64,000 nt of DNA from Candidatus Peribacteria bacterium (GCA_041691135.1 JBEPVF010000003.1:1-64000); one strand, 5' to 3'. Shown: positions 27,329 to 38,096, numbered from the stretch's first letter. Program-made: numbers and translations. Notes: generated by a model not told the origin, from the sequence alone.

Positions 27329-27718
27329 CTAAGCTTCCTTGTTCGGAAATCCCAGGATATTCTCGATATTCGCAATCACGCTCTTCAGGGTGATCTGCGC
27401 CTTCATGTAGCAATCGCGGGCGCCGAGCTGTTTGGCCCTGGCCAAGTTCTCCGGCTGTGTCAGGTTGGTCATGACCATCACAGGAGTCTCTTTATTTATG
27501 GTCGTTGCCTTGGCTTCCAACACACTGTAACCGTCCTTCATCGGCAGAATCAGGTCCAGAAGGACCAAATCGAACTTCTCCTTCTGCAAGATATCGATAG
27601 CCTGTTGGCCGTCGCTGCAGATGGCCGGTTCAAATCCCTTCTTGATCAACTTGATATAGAGGGTGGTCTGGAGGGCCTTTTCGTCTTCTACGATGAGTAT
27701 TTTTTGTTTGTTTGCCAT
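27329..27718 (-). CDS. Single-domain response regulator (receiver)
   Basis: ILIVEDE, LLDLILPMKDG, MTNL, K. Confidence 0.9.
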   Translation of the reverse strand: MANKQKILIVEDEKALQTTLYIKLIKKGFEPAICSDGQQAIDILQKEKFDLVLLDLILPMKDGYSVLEAKATTINKETPVMVMTNLTQPENLARAKQLGARDCYMKAQITLKSVIANIENILGFPNKEA

Positions 27719-27810
27719 AACACCTATTAGTATAGCGGATTTTGCTCCTTTTCGCAATGAGATGATTCGGGGTAAAAGGGCAATAAAGCTTATTATTTGA
27801 TGTTTATAGG

Positions 27811-27888
27811 CAAAATTCGAAATTCGAAGCACTAAATTCGACTACATGAAGGTTTTTCGAATTTCGGATTTCGAGCTTCGTGCTTCCC
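27811..27888. repeat. Inverted heptamer tract (TCGAAAT/AGCACGA family)
   Basis: AATTCGAAATTCGAAGCACTAAATTCGA ... TCGAATTTCGGATTTCGAGCTTCGTGCTT; similar tracts at 44207 and 55150. Confidence 0.75.
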
Positions 27889-27931
27889 ACTTATTGGCAT
27901 TTTCTTGCTTTCCGTCTGCTACAGTTTCCCC

Positions 27932-28600
27932 ATGCCCATCAACCCCGACCGTGTCCTCTACGAAGACCAGCATCTGCTTGCTGTAAATAAGCTGTCGGGT
28001 GAATTGGTGGTAAAGGGCGCAGGCCGGGTCGATAAGCTGCCATTGCTCGATTTTCTGAAGCAGCAGTACTCGGGACTTCGGCCCCTCAATCGTCTGGATT
28101 TCGAAACGTCGGGCATCGTGTTATTTGCGCGCACCAAGCAGGCGTTTGAACTCATGGTGGCGGAAACGAAATCTGACGAACCGGCGATTCTCAAAACGTA
28201 TCAAATGTTATTGTCGGGCCGGGGATTGCGCGAGAAGGGCGAGATCACGAAGCCGTTGCCTGCCCGTATGGGTGATGGAGAAGTATCGGCCAAGACAGTC
28301 TTTCGTGTGTTGGAGCGGTATATCAATTCCCTCTACGTTGAGGCCGATATTGTGACCGGTCGCTACCATCAGATTCGTAGGCACTTTGCCGGAATAGGAC
28401 ATCCGTTGGCGCTGGACCAAGTGTACGGTGATAAGAAGTTCAACCGCGTCTTCCAAACCGAATTCCATCTGGCCAAGTTTTTCCTCCACGCCTGGAAAGT
28501 GCAGCTGAAGCATCCGCTGACCGGCGAGACAATCGTGATCGAGGCGCCAATGCCGAGGGTATTCGAATCTATTCTCAAGAGGCTGCGGTCTTTAAAGTAG
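27932..28600 (+). CDS. RluA-family RNA pseudouridine synthase
   Basis: YED..LLAVNK, NRLDFETSG, TGRYHQIRRH...GHPL..D..YG, FLHA. Confidence 0.92.
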   Translation: MPINPDRVLYEDQHLLAVNKLSGELVVKGAGRVDKLPLLDFLKQQYSGLRPLNRLDFETSGIVLFARTKQAFELMVAETKSDEPAILKTYQMLLSGRGLREKGEITKPLPARMGDGEVSAKTVFRVLERYINSLYVEADIVTGRYHQIRRHFAGIGHPLALDQVYGDKKFNRVFQTEFHLAKFFLHAWKVQLKHPLTGETIVIEAPMPRVFESILKRLRSLK

Positions 28601-28682
28601 TAGTCTACTAAAGGTGACCGATGTGACCGAGGTGACAGTTTCATCTCTGTTTCCTGCGTCAGAGCTCCTGTACACTTTTTTC

Positions 28683-29648
28683 ATGCGCGTCTTAACCGGA
28701 CTCCAGCCTTCGGGCGCCCTGCATCTGGGCAATTATTTCGGATCCATCGTGCCCAATTTGGAATGGGTCGGTCAGTCGGATCAGAGTTTTCTGTGCATCG
28801 TCGATCTACATGCGCTCACCAGCGTGAGGAATCCGAAGGATCTGGCGCAGTTTCGGCGCGATGCGTTGCTTGATTTTTTAGCCTGCGGATTCGATCCGGA
28901 AAAAATAACGCTGTTCTATCAATCTGATGTGCCGTTTCATACGGAGCTGATGTGGATCCTGTCGACGCTCACACCGGTGGGTTTGCTGGAGCGGGCAGTG
29001 AGCTACAAAGAGAAGGTGCAGAAGGGGATTCCGGCTACAGCCGGGCTCTTTACGTATCCGGTGCTCATGACTGCCGACATTCTGCTCTACGATACCAATG
29101 TGGTGCCGGTCGGGAAGGATCAGAAGCAGCACTTGGAGATTGCCCGCGATCTGGCGATCAAATTCAACAATGAATTCGGCGATACGTTGATAGTGCCGGA
29201 GGAACAGATACGCGAGGAAGTTGCGGTGGTGCCTGGCACCGACGGCCAAAAGATGAGCAAGAGTTACGGCAATACGATTCCCATTTTTGGTGATGAGAAA
29301 GTGATTAAGAAAGCGATCATGGGGATTGTGACCGATTCGAAGGATGCAACCGTCCCCAAGGATCCCGAACACTGTGCAGTCTATCAGATCCACCGGTTGT
29401 TTTTGAGCGAGGGAGAAGCAAAAACCTTAGCCGATGAGTATCGCGACGGTTTGTCCTACGGCGATGCCAAGAAGCGACTGTATCAAGCGTATCTGGATCA
29501 TTTTGGTCCGATGCGCGAGAAGCGGGCCAAGCTGGAGAAGGATTTATCCTATGTGCGTGACGTCGCAGCGGAAGGCGCCAAAAAAGCGACCGCAGTCGCC
29601 ACTATCACCATGGACCGTGTGCGCCGTGCAGTCGGCCTTTCCGTGTAA
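28683..29648 (+). CDS. trpS: Tryptophan--tRNA ligase
   Basis: TGLQPSGALHLGNY, YPVLMTADIL, VPVGKDQKQH, KMSKSYGN. Confidence 0.97.
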   Translation: MRVLTGLQPSGALHLGNYFGSIVPNLEWVGQSDQSFLCIVDLHALTSVRNPKDLAQFRRDALLDFLACGFDPEKITLFYQSDVPFHTELMWILSTLTPVGLLERAVSYKEKVQKGIPATAGLFTYPVLMTADILLYDTNVVPVGKDQKQHLEIARDLAIKFNNEFGDTLIVPEEQIREEVAVVPGTDGQKMSKSYGNTIPIFGDEKVIKKAIMGIVTDSKDATVPKDPEHCAVYQIHRLFLSEGEAKTLADEYRDGLSYGDAKKRLYQAYLDHFGPMREKRAKLEKDLSYVRDVAAEGAKKATAVATITMDRVRRAVGLSV

Positions 29649-29650
29649 CC

Positions 29651-30253
29651 ATGCCTGACCGATTGATTCTTGCATCGGCCAGTCCACAGCGGAAGCAGCT
29701 GCTAAACGGACTCGGTTTGTCGTTCGATGTGATTCCCAGCACGGTTAGCGAGGAGCAACATACCGAGAAAAATCCCGGCAAGCGGGCCGTCGATTTGGCC
29801 GTACTCAAGGCGAAAAACATCGCGCAGAAATACGATGGTGCCTGGGTGATCGGCTGCGATACCCTTGTCTTGGCTCACAATGGAACACTCCTCGAAAAGC
29901 CCAAAGATGCGGAGGATGCGCGTCGTATGATCGCGATGCAGAGTGGCAAAACGTCGGTCGTGCATTCCGGTTTGTGCCTGCAGGCTCCGGATGGTCGTTC
30001 GATGCATGATCTCTCATCATCATCGGTTCATTTTGCGGCGCTGACGGAGGAGCAAATCGATTGGTGGGTACAGACAAATCTATGGTCGGAGCGGTCAGGC
30101 GCTTTCCAGATCGATGGCTTGGGGCAGTTGATGATCGAACGAATCGAAGGTGACTGGACGAGCATCGTGGGGCTGCCGGTGTTTTTGCTGGGCACCATGA
30201 TGCATGCGATGAACTACAGCGATCAACGAATGGCGCCCAGTGAGCAGCGTTGA
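29651..30253 (+). CDS. maf: Maf-like nucleoside triphosphate pyrophosphatase
   Basis: LILASASPQRKQLL, IGCDTLV, LEKP, GAFQI.G, I.GD...IVGLP. Confidence 0.92.
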   Translation: MPDRLILASASPQRKQLLNGLGLSFDVIPSTVSEEQHTEKNPGKRAVDLAVLKAKNIAQKYDGAWVIGCDTLVLAHNGTLLEKPKDAEDARRMIAMQSGKTSVVHSGLCLQAPDGRSMHDLSSSSVHFAALTEEQIDWWVQTNLWSERSGAFQIDGLGQLMIERIEGDWTSIVGLPVFLLGTMMHAMNYSDQRMAPSEQR

Positions 30254-30418
30254 GTTCTACAGAAGGTTCTCATGCTCCGGTCGCTCGCCTTCGCCGATGC
30301 GGCCAACCTCTTCCGGTGCGACATTGTCCGATGGCTCAGCCGGATTCTCTTTCTTGTCTTCGTCATCGCCGCCGTCAAAAGAAGAATATGTCATGGGAGA
30401 GTGGAGGAAAGAGAACGA

Positions 30419-31105
30419 TTACAAGGATGTAAGACGATAATTGCGCAATTTCTTACGCATTTCGTCGTAGTTCGGCAGGACGGATTCTACCACGCGCCAG
30501 TAGGTAGCCGAATGATTGCGCTGCCGGCGGTGACTGAGCTCATGAATGATGACGTATTCCAGTAGCTCGGGTGACGTAAAAAGCAGAGCGGTATTGATCA
30601 TTATGATTCCGTAAGGGCTGCAACTGCCCCACTGCGATGACGCGTATTGCAGGCGCGTGCGCGCGACATGCACATCGATGGTGCGCGCGTTGATCTCGCG
30701 AACCAGCCTGTCGATCACAGATTTCTCTTTTTCGGCGATCAACTTCCACAAAAACCGGTTCAGAGTGGCTCGTTTCATATGTGGACCGACTTCAATCAGC
30801 CAACCGTTCATTGTGGCCTTTGCCTTCGTTCGTTCGCCGGGTTCCAGACGGAACTCGTAGGTATGACCGGTGACGGTTTCGATGGTGGCTGAATTCTCGC
30901 CGTCGAGCAGCATCCGGAATGGATCCACCCGCGTTCTCTTGTGCTCCTTGTTCACCTGTTTGACCATCCGACGCAGCAAATTATTCACGTGTTCCTGCTC
31001 TTCCCGCGTCGATAAGTTCTTGGCGAGACGGATGATAATTGTGTCGTCCTTCACAAAGGCGCGCGAATGACGGTTGCGGGAATGTTCAATGCGATAGGGG
31101 ATCAT
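30419..31105 (-). CDS. YgjP/DUF45-like metal-dependent hydrolase
   Basis: QWGSCS, EYVIIHELSH...NHS..YW..V. Confidence 0.88.
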   Translation of the reverse strand: MIPYRIEHSRNRHSRAFVKDDTIIIRLAKNLSTREEQEHVNNLLRRMVKQVNKEHKRTRVDPFRMLLDGENSATIETVTGHTYEFRLEPGERTKAKATMNGWLIEVGPHMKRATLNRFLWKLIAEKEKSVIDRLVREINARTIDVHVARTRLQYASSQWGSCSPYGIIMINTALLFTSPELLEYVIIHELSHRRQRNHSATYWRVVESVLPNYDEMRKKLRNYRLTSL

Positions 31106-31165
31106 AGAAGGACTTCGGAAGGAGGACCCAAGACGTAGGATCAGTCGTTTGTCCCTAGGTCGTTG

Positions 31166-32056
31166 TCATTTGCTGCTGCCCGTTTGCGTACTACCTGAGC
31201 CGGTCGTGACGGATGGCGGACTGGCCTCGGGGGTTGTTGCCATTGCGTCGGTGCATGTCTGAAGATCCGTGATTGCCTGGCGATAGGCGCCACGTTTGTC
31301 GGTCGTGCTGTCGTCGAGTACCGATCGCAGCGCAAGGTCCGCGTTGGTCAGGCAGCTGATCGAACTATCCCATGCCGGTATCGGTTGCCCGGCGATAATG
31401 TTCTGCTGACGTTGCACGTCCGTGACTTGCGGGAGCAGACTGGCGGTCCAGTACAGCAGGCGATCGGCCTGGGCCATTGCCACCGCATCCAGCGCGGCGA
31501 TGCGGTAATTCTGGTACAGGTTCTTGCGGGCTTCACGAATCTCATCTTCGCTCTGGAAGACGTTTTTATCGATGGCATTGATGAAGCCATTGAGTGCGTC
31601 GAGCAGCGAATCTACTGGCGTGGTCAATTGCTGTTTTATGTTGATGGCCAGCGAAGGTATGCCGTCGAAATATTTTTTCTCTTCCACCATCAGCTGCCGA
31701 TCGAGCGTCAGCTCCCCGCGATAGCAGCGCAAGGTGGTCGGCAGTTCGGTATCGCGATTGCTGCGACGCAGGTCTTCGCGACACTGCTTTCGCAGATCCA
31801 GACGCTCACTGTAGTACGTGTCCAGGGCCGCCTGATATGCCTTGCTGCCTGCCTTATTCTGCAGCTGAAAGATGACGAAACCGTCGGCCCGCTTGGCACG
31901 GTCACGTTCGATGCGCAGAGTTTTGGCGTCCTTTTGCTCAGGAATTGCCGTGCTCCCGCTGGCAGTGGTTGCAGGAGCATCTGCGCCGAATACAAGGGAT
32001 GTACTCATCACCCACAGGCAAGCCGGCAGAAAAACTACGAGAGCAGTTCGTTTCAT
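31166..32056 (-). CDS. Secreted helical hypothetical protein
   Basis: Signal peptide MKRTALVVFLPACLWV, low-complexity ends, paired Cys. Confidence 0.7.
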   Translation of the reverse strand: MKRTALVVFLPACLWVMSTSLVFGADAPATTASGSTAIPEQKDAKTLRIERDRAKRADGFVIFQLQNKAGSKAYQAALDTYYSERLDLRKQCREDLRRSNRDTELPTTLRCYRGELTLDRQLMVEEKKYFDGIPSLAINIKQQLTTPVDSLLDALNGFINAIDKNVFQSEDEIREARKNLYQNYRIAALDAVAMAQADRLLYWTASLLPQVTDVQRQQNIIAGQPIPAWDSSISCLTNADLALRSVLDDSTTDKRGAYRQAITDLQTCTDAMATTPEASPPSVTTGSGSTQTGSSK

Positions 32057-32112
32057 CCGGAAGATACTGTACTGAATGCGCAGGAAAAATTCGAGGAGAT
32101 TCAAGCATAAGT

Positions 32113-33075
32113 TCAAACTGTTTCCGATTGAAATGCTTTGTCGAAAGACTGATCATCAATTTTGGTGACACTGCAAAGGATACTTGCTTTCCTTTCTCGT
32201 TCCACATACCAACCGCCCGTAGCGTCGCCACCAATATCAAAGCGACGGTCCTTATCCGTATGTATCTCTCTTTGTAGGTTTTCCATCAAAGGCTGTGCTA
32301 TTGAGATTGGTTCTTCCAATACAGTTGCCAATTCCATTAAAGTAAGCGCCGTTCCATCGCGCAAGTGACGATCAAAGAGCAGAGTAATAATTTCCAAGTA
32401 GCTCTCGTTGTGCGCTTTCCTAATAGAGAGAAGGAATTCCTGAGCTAAGTGTCTGGCGTCACTATTTTGTCTAAAAGTGAATTTCTTCTTTTTATGAGAA
32501 AGATGAATGTGCCAGTTCTGAGGTAAATGATTAGATTGCCAATGCTGCCATTTAGGAGGAAACCATTCTTTGCTTAGTTGAGGTCTTAACCTTGGATCCA
32601 TACAAGCAGCCAGCTGTCCCCAAGCGCGTTGAGCGCTAATGCCAGCCCTTGCAGCAAGCTCATCTACATGTGTTAAGGTCGCATCTTGCACGACCAGTTT
32701 CTCCAGGAACATGCCACAGGCAATACGTATGATTCTATCCTCAGTTAATCCTTCATTGATCCACTCCTTTAAGAAGAGAGCAGCTTTGCCAGTAAAAGCG
32801 GCGTCCTTTGAAGAGGGATGTGCTGCTGCAGCTGGAACGACAAATACAGTTTTTGGCTGCTTTGGGTGCTGAAAATGACTATAGAAAGTTCGTCTTATGA
32901 CTGACTCTATTGCGTGCAGACTGTATCTGTCAGGCCGGAGTGAGTCAGGCTTCGAGGCAACGAGATCCGTCTTTTTCCGAATATCTTCTGCTACTTCGCC
33001 TATAATGCGTTTCACTGCATCTTCGAGTGCCAAAGAGAATTCCTCATAGTGGCGTTGTCGCAAACTTTCTCTCAT
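32113..33075 (-). CDS. Hypothetical protein, AT-richer, possible HTH segments
   Basis: 320-aa ORF; LTHVDELAARAGIS and LTLMELATVLEEP resemble HTH starts. Confidence 0.6.
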   Translation of the reverse strand: MRESLRQRHYEEFSLALEDAVKRIIGEVAEDIRKKTDLVASKPDSLRPDRYSLHAIESVIRRTFYSHFQHPKQPKTVFVVPAAAAHPSSKDAAFTGKAALFLKEWINEGLTEDRIIRIACGMFLEKLVVQDATLTHVDELAARAGISAQRAWGQLAACMDPRLRPQLSKEWFPPKWQHWQSNHLPQNWHIHLSHKKKKFTFRQNSDARHLAQEFLLSIRKAHNESYLEIITLLFDRHLRDGTALTLMELATVLEEPISIAQPLMENLQREIHTDKDRRFDIGGDATGGWYVERERKASILCSVTKIDDQSFDKAFQSETV

Positions 33076-33177
33076 AGCGAATGCCTAGGAACGTTGGTTG
33101 ATAACCAAGACGGATCATGACACTTTAAATTACCCACTACTAAAGATTACAGTTTCATAAAGTTTCGGAACTCTGTT

Positions 33178-35229
33178 CTACTTCCCACCCAAAATTTCCT
33201 TTTCTTTCTCCAAGAACTTCAGCACCGTTTCGACATACGTTGAATGACTCCATGTGAGCGGTGCGACTGACAACGGCGCGCCGGTCATCGGATCCATCTG
33301 TTCGGGTAGAATGCCGCTCTTCGAAGCGCGCATCGCAACCCATTCGAGGATGGAATGTGCGGCGACGAGGTCCTGCACGGTGCGGGCGCGGGCGATGTAC
33401 CATTGGGCCAGCCACAGGGTGGTGATGATCCATGGGTTGCCGGGAACTTCTTTGCTGAGCGGAAGATTGCGGTGATAGACGTCGTTGGGATAGCGGGCCA
33501 GTCCGCCGATGCCCACTTTCACTTCCAGGTTTTGCTTCAGCTGGTCCATGGTCGAGATGATGCGTGGGTCATCGATTGGCAAAATATCCAGCATCCACAC
33601 GACCATGATGCTGGCGTCCGGCGTGTCGTCGCGTTCGATGGTCTCGCCGTTCTTGCGGCGTATTTTTTTGAGAAAACGGCCTTTTTCTTCGTCAAACAAA
33701 TGGAAGAGGAGTGCCTGCTTCATCGTATCTGCGGCGTGCTGATAGCGTTCGGAGTGCTTGTGATGGCCCAGAATATGGGCGATCTGTGCGGCGGCGTGCA
33801 GTCCGGCAATCGTCGTGGCCGTCGTATAGGTAAAGATGCCGCGATGCTCTTCCCATGGATCGTAGCTGGGCAACGGCAGGCCGGTGGCCTCCTCGCGGAA
33901 TTCGGTCATGAATTCAGCTGCTTTTTTGACGAACCTCTCGTACATGTTCTGCAGAAATTCGAAGTCCTGCACGTGTTCAAAGTGCTTCCAGATGGCGTAG
34001 ACGACCAGGGCAGTTTCATCCTCCTGGATCGGCAACTGCGGCTCTTCGTCGGCATACCACGGGTGCCACGATGATCCCAGCGACCCATCAGGATTGTATT
34101 TATGGAGCAGGTAACCGTCGGGCATCTGGGCCTTGGCACAGAACTCGAAGAAGTTGCGCGTCACTTCGCTGTAACCGGCACGGTCGAGAGCCAACGACAC
34201 AAAGGCGCCATCGCGCGGCCACACGTAGGTGTAGGTGTCGCGATTGAAGGCCATAATATCGCTGTCGGCTGCGGCGATGATGCCGCCATGACTGTCGACG
34301 TGTGTGCGGATCAGCAGTAGGCTGCGCTTGTATAGGTCCACCAGTGTTTCGTTGAGCGTGCTGAAGCTCTGGGTGTTCTTGTTCGACCAGCTCTTCCAGT
34401 AGTTGTGGCAGTTGCGGTGCAGACGCTCGGGTGTTTCGCTGAGTACCGTCTGTTGCAACGTGAGTACCTCGTTCAGTGTTTGGCCGATGCACAGCCACAG
34501 CACCACTTCGGTCTGTGTCGTCGGTTCCACTGTTGCATCGATGCTGATGGTCGAATCTACCGAACCTTGCTCAATCGGATTGCGCGACAAATGTCCGTCT
34601 TCGGCATCGCGCCACGTTCCTTCGAGCCCGCGGTATTCCGATTTCCCGGTCGTGAACGACGAAATGCCGCAGCTCTTGAGCTGTTCCATACTGGGCAGAA
34701 TCGATCCGTAGCGGCCGCCATGATGACCTACAAAGCACTTGTCCGATTTGTCGCACGTGCCGCCGACCAGGAAGTAGCGAGTCTGGCGGAAGTGAATCAC
34801 GCTGTTGGTGTACGGTTCGTAGAAGGCGGTGTCTTTTTGTTTGTCACCGTAGATGTGAAAGTCGTGATTGAAGAAGAAGCGGACGTTCTTGGTGCGGCCA
34901 TCGGTGCTGCGCACTTTGAAGTGCCGGAGCAGGATGTTGTGGACCGGATGGACGTAATCTTCGACGTTCATTTCGATGCCCAGTTTCTCATTTCGCAGGG
35001 TACTGTCACCGACCAGCGTATCGGGCCGGTAGCGCGCTTCGATTTGCCACGTGCCATCGTTCAGCCACGAAAAGCCGGTACCTTCGATATACACGCCCAC
35101 GCGGTGCAAGTGGCCGTACGTCGTCTGGTCCTCCATGCCGACGTATGGGTAGTACAGATCACGCAGCAGCAGGTGCTCGTCGAATGTCGCGAGGACGGAG
35201 CCGTTGCCGAGGACGAGGGAGCGGGGCAT
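33178..35229 (-). CDS. Glycoside hydrolase family 15 (glucoamylase-like)
   Basis: MPRSLVLGNG, YTYVWPRDG, QEDET, SYDPWEE, LPEQ, PLTWSH. Confidence 0.93.
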   Translation of the reverse strand: MPRSLVLGNGSVLATFDEHLLLRDLYYPYVGMEDQTTYGHLHRVGVYIEGTGFSWLNDGTWQIEARYRPDTLVGDSTLRNEKLGIEMNVEDYVHPVHNILLRHFKVRSTDGRTKNVRFFFNHDFHIYGDKQKDTAFYEPYTNSVIHFRQTRYFLVGGTCDKSDKCFVGHHGGRYGSILPSMEQLKSCGISSFTTGKSEYRGLEGTWRDAEDGHLSRNPIEQGSVDSTISIDATVEPTTQTEVVLWLCIGQTLNEVLTLQQTVLSETPERLHRNCHNYWKSWSNKNTQSFSTLNETLVDLYKRSLLLIRTHVDSHGGIIAAADSDIMAFNRDTYTYVWPRDGAFVSLALDRAGYSEVTRNFFEFCAKAQMPDGYLLHKYNPDGSLGSSWHPWYADEEPQLPIQEDETALVVYAIWKHFEHVQDFEFLQNMYERFVKKAAEFMTEFREEATGLPLPSYDPWEEHRGIFTYTTATTIAGLHAAAQIAHILGHHKHSERYQHAADTMKQALLFHLFDEEKGRFLKKIRRKNGETIERDDTPDASIMVVWMLDILPIDDPRIISTMDQLKQNLEVKVGIGGLARYPNDVYHRNLPLSKEVPGNPWIITTLWLAQWYIARARTVQDLVAAHSILEWVAMRASKSGILPEQMDPMTGAPLSVAPLTWSHSTYVETVLKFLEKEKEILGGK

Positions 35230-35266
35230 GGGAGTTACTTGAGAATTGAAAATTGATAATTGAGAA

Positions 35267-36547
35267 TTATGAGAGTGATTCGGCACGCGGATCCTTCGTG
35301 AGTTTTTTGGATCCATCGATTCGTTCTCGGAGATCACACAGCGCGTGGCTAAAACGACGATATGCTTCGTAGGGAGAATCGTACGGGCTGAAGTATTTGT
35401 GCACGTCGCCGTCGCTCCAGTACTTGGTGCACATGTAGTAGAAGTGGTCGGAGGTCGAGAGTTTGCGCCAGGTTTCGAGCAACGAATCATCGCCGGTTGC
35501 CTTGATATCGTGCTCGAGGTCGAACAGCGCCTGCAGTGAGGCATCCTGGATCTTATTGCCCTGCCAAGCCGACAGGTCGCGCTCGATATCGGCCCACGAG
35601 ACGAACGAATGGGCGTCGAACACCTGCGAGTGTTTGGCCTGCCAGCCGTCGATCACTTCGGATGGGGTGGCGGTTTTGATGCCGCGGTCTTGCCACATTC
35701 TCGGCAATGCCCGTACGAAGTCGAAAATGCCGGTGTCGGCCCACTGGTGCTCGCCGAACGTTTCGTAGTCCATGAACAGGTTGATCGAGTGGCCGCCCGA
35801 TTGCATCAGCCAGTCGGTGAAGGTATCGGCATGCAGCGGAAAGCCGACCCACGATTTGTCCGAGAAGCGGAACGCAACGTCGTCGGAGAGCTTGTAGTTC
35901 TTCAGCAGCACTTGGATCGATTCAGAACGCTGGGGCAGGGGACGGAATTTCTGGATGATCGCTTCCTTGGATTTTGGCAGGCGGAACTTGGGTGGCACGA
36001 ACGGTTCGTTGGGACTGCGGCCATGCAGCACGTGGTCGGCGCCCTCGGCCAAAATGCCACGGAAGCCCATCAGGCGGGCGACATGGGCGATCTCGTTACT
36101 GTAGATCAGTTCGGTATTGCGGAACACACTTGGTATGACGCCGAACAGTTCCTGCAGTTTGCGCGTGTGTTTGGCCACCTGCTGCACGAACTCGGGCAGC
36201 GATTTTAGATAGCTCAGTGAGTGGTAGTAAGTTTCGGCCATGAACTCCACCTGTCCGGTGGCAGCCAGGGCACGGAACGAATCGAGCACATCCAGTCCGT
36301 ATTCCTGACATTGATCCAGGAACACACCCGATAGCGAGTAGCTGATATGGAACTCGGGATGAGCCCGCAACAGATCGAGCATCAGCGCATTCGCCGGAAG
36401 GTAACATTTCTCGGCTACTTTGCGGAACACGGCGTGGTTCTTCGCATCATCGAAGTACGTGGCGTCGCCCTTGCCGATATCCGTGATGCGCAGATCGCGG
36501 AGGCGGTAGGGTTGGTGGACCTGGAAGTAGAAACAAATCTGAGGCAT
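35267..36547 (-). CDS. Glycoside hydrolase family 57 (alpha-amylase-like)
   Basis: FQVHQP, ETYYHSL, FRNTEL, LSDDVAFRFS, MDYETFGEH, TSDHFYYM. Confidence 0.94.
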   Translation of the reverse strand: MPQICFYFQVHQPYRLRDLRITDIGKGDATYFDDAKNHAVFRKVAEKCYLPANALMLDLLRAHPEFHISYSLSGVFLDQCQEYGLDVLDSFRALAATGQVEFMAETYYHSLSYLKSLPEFVQQVAKHTRKLQELFGVIPSVFRNTELIYSNEIAHVARLMGFRGILAEGADHVLHGRSPNEPFVPPKFRLPKSKEAIIQKFRPLPQRSESIQVLLKNYKLSDDVAFRFSDKSWVGFPLHADTFTDWLMQSGGHSINLFMDYETFGEHQWADTGIFDFVRALPRMWQDRGIKTATPSEVIDGWQAKHSQVFDAHSFVSWADIERDLSAWQGNKIQDASLQALFDLEHDIKATGDDSLLETWRKLSTSDHFYYMCTKYWSDGDVHKYFSPYDSPYEAYRRFSHALCDLRERIDGSKKLTKDPRAESLS

Positions 36548-36560
36548 AAAAAATTGAGAA

Positions 36561-37781
36561 TTAAGTGTTAATGAGATCTTGGTAAATCGATGAAACTTTG
36601 TTGGCCTGGTTCTTCCAGGTAAGGCGTTGCAATACGCGCGGTGCTTCGGCCCGGAGCTGCTCTGCCAACGGTTGCTCGCGCAGAATGGTCAGAATGCAGT
36701 CGGCCATTTTGTCGCTGTCCCAGAAGTCGACCTTGTACGCATGTTCGACGACTTCGGCGACACCCGATTGTTTGCTCAGCACCACGGGCGTGCCGTGGCT
36801 GATCGCTTCGAGCGCGACGAGCCCAAACGGTTCGCTAAGCGATGGCATCACGAAGCAGTCGGCTTTGCGGTACAGCTGATCGATCTCGCGCCCGGCGACT
36901 TTACCGGTGAACAGAACATTGTCGCTCAATCCCAACGAGCAAGCGCGTTCGATGAGCTCCGGCAACATGCCGCCGTCGCCGGCCATGACGAATTCGACAT
37001 CCGGATTGATGTCGTTGATTTTACGAGCGACATCCAGGAATGAGTGGGGATTCTTCTGTATCGTCATGCGACCCAAAAACAGGACCAGTGGTCGGCGTGT
37101 CGCATGATCGGTGAGAGAAGACGGACCGCGCGTTTCGATATACGACTGCTGATGGCCGTTGTGGACCACGGCAATTTTGTCGGCCGGGATGCCATAGTGC
37201 TCCACCAGAATGTTCTTGGTGTATTGACTGACGGCAATAATCCGATCGGCAGCCAACATCCCCAGTCGCTCACGTTCCATGATCCATTGGTTCGGTCCGA
37301 AATTCGTGCGGTCCAGTTCGGTGGCATGAATATGCGTGATCAACGGCTTGCCGTGGTAGTTCGCGGCACGCCGGCCGGCTTCGAAGGTCATCCAGTCGTG
37401 GCTGTGCACGACGTCGGGTGAAATATCGCGGGTCATCTCGATGGCCATGCTCGTGTAGTTCTCGACGGCCTGTCCCAAGTCGGGTCCGTAAAGGGCCGCA
37501 GTTTCGCGCGGAAGATGCGACAACTCCAGACGCAGCGCGTATTCATCAACATTGTCGTACGGTTGCAGTGCACTCTGAACCAGAATCGAATTCCAAACAC
37601 TGTCGGTGGGGAAGCGCACGCTCAAATTCTGTTCCTCGGATGCATGATTGTGGGGAAGCACGAGGGTCACTTGCACGCCGTTCTGCGTCAGTCCGCGGAC
37701 AAGACCCTGACACGCCACACCCAGACCTCCGGAGTGATGGGGAGGATACTCCCAGCCGAACATGAGTGTGTGCAGCGACAT
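36561..37781 (-). CDS. GT4 glycosyltransferase (glycogen-synthase-like)
   Basis: FGWEYPP..SGGLG, HSHDWMT, HIHATE, PSLSEPFGLVALEA. Confidence 0.92.
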   Translation of the reverse strand: MSLHTLMFGWEYPPHHSGGLGVACQGLVRGLTQNGVQVTLVLPHNHASEEQNLSVRFPTDSVWNSILVQSALQPYDNVDEYALRLELSHLPRETAALYGPDLGQAVENYTSMAIEMTRDISPDVVHSHDWMTFEAGRRAANYHGKPLITHIHATELDRTNFGPNQWIMERERLGMLAADRIIAVSQYTKNILVEHYGIPADKIAVVHNGHQQSYIETRGPSSLTDHATRRPLVLFLGRMTIQKNPHSFLDVARKINDINPDVEFVMAGDGGMLPELIERACSLGLSDNVLFTGKVAGREIDQLYRKADCFVMPSLSEPFGLVALEAISHGTPVVLSKQSGVAEVVEHAYKVDFWDSDKMADCILTILREQPLAEQLRAEAPRVLQRLTWKNQANKVSSIYQDLINT

Positions 37782-38096
37782 GAGTGTGAGTTTTTGTTTT
37801 GCAGTTGTGGGTTTCCCGATCTCGGGACATCTCAGAATTATAGCAGAAATTCTCGTTTTCTTCAATGACTTTGCCACTCTAACAGGTATTGCAGAGGCAA
37901 TCAGATTTTATCTTCTATAAGCCAAAAGTGAGGGAGGCAGTCCCGACCCACGATGAAGGGATTTCGGTGCGCATTCGGTGAATAAAGAGATAGCGACATA
38001 TTTTTTATTTTTAATCAAGTGTTCGATTGCTCGTTGTGGTCCATCCGTGTGTTCGTCCTATTTGTTCTCCCTGCATGGGGCAGGTACCCTTTTTGC

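Noticed and set aside
35230-35544. Long N-terminal extensions in the ORF track (GH15, and likewise dnaX, dcd, pckA, hmgA, trpS)
   Set aside because: They overlap neighbouring genes or repeat tracts; family N-termini and -10 boxes point to the downstream ATG
37790-38090. Riboswitch in the GT4/aminotransferase divergent gap
   Set aside because: Only a short hairpin (TCCCGA-TC-TCGGGA); no recognisable aptamer consensus
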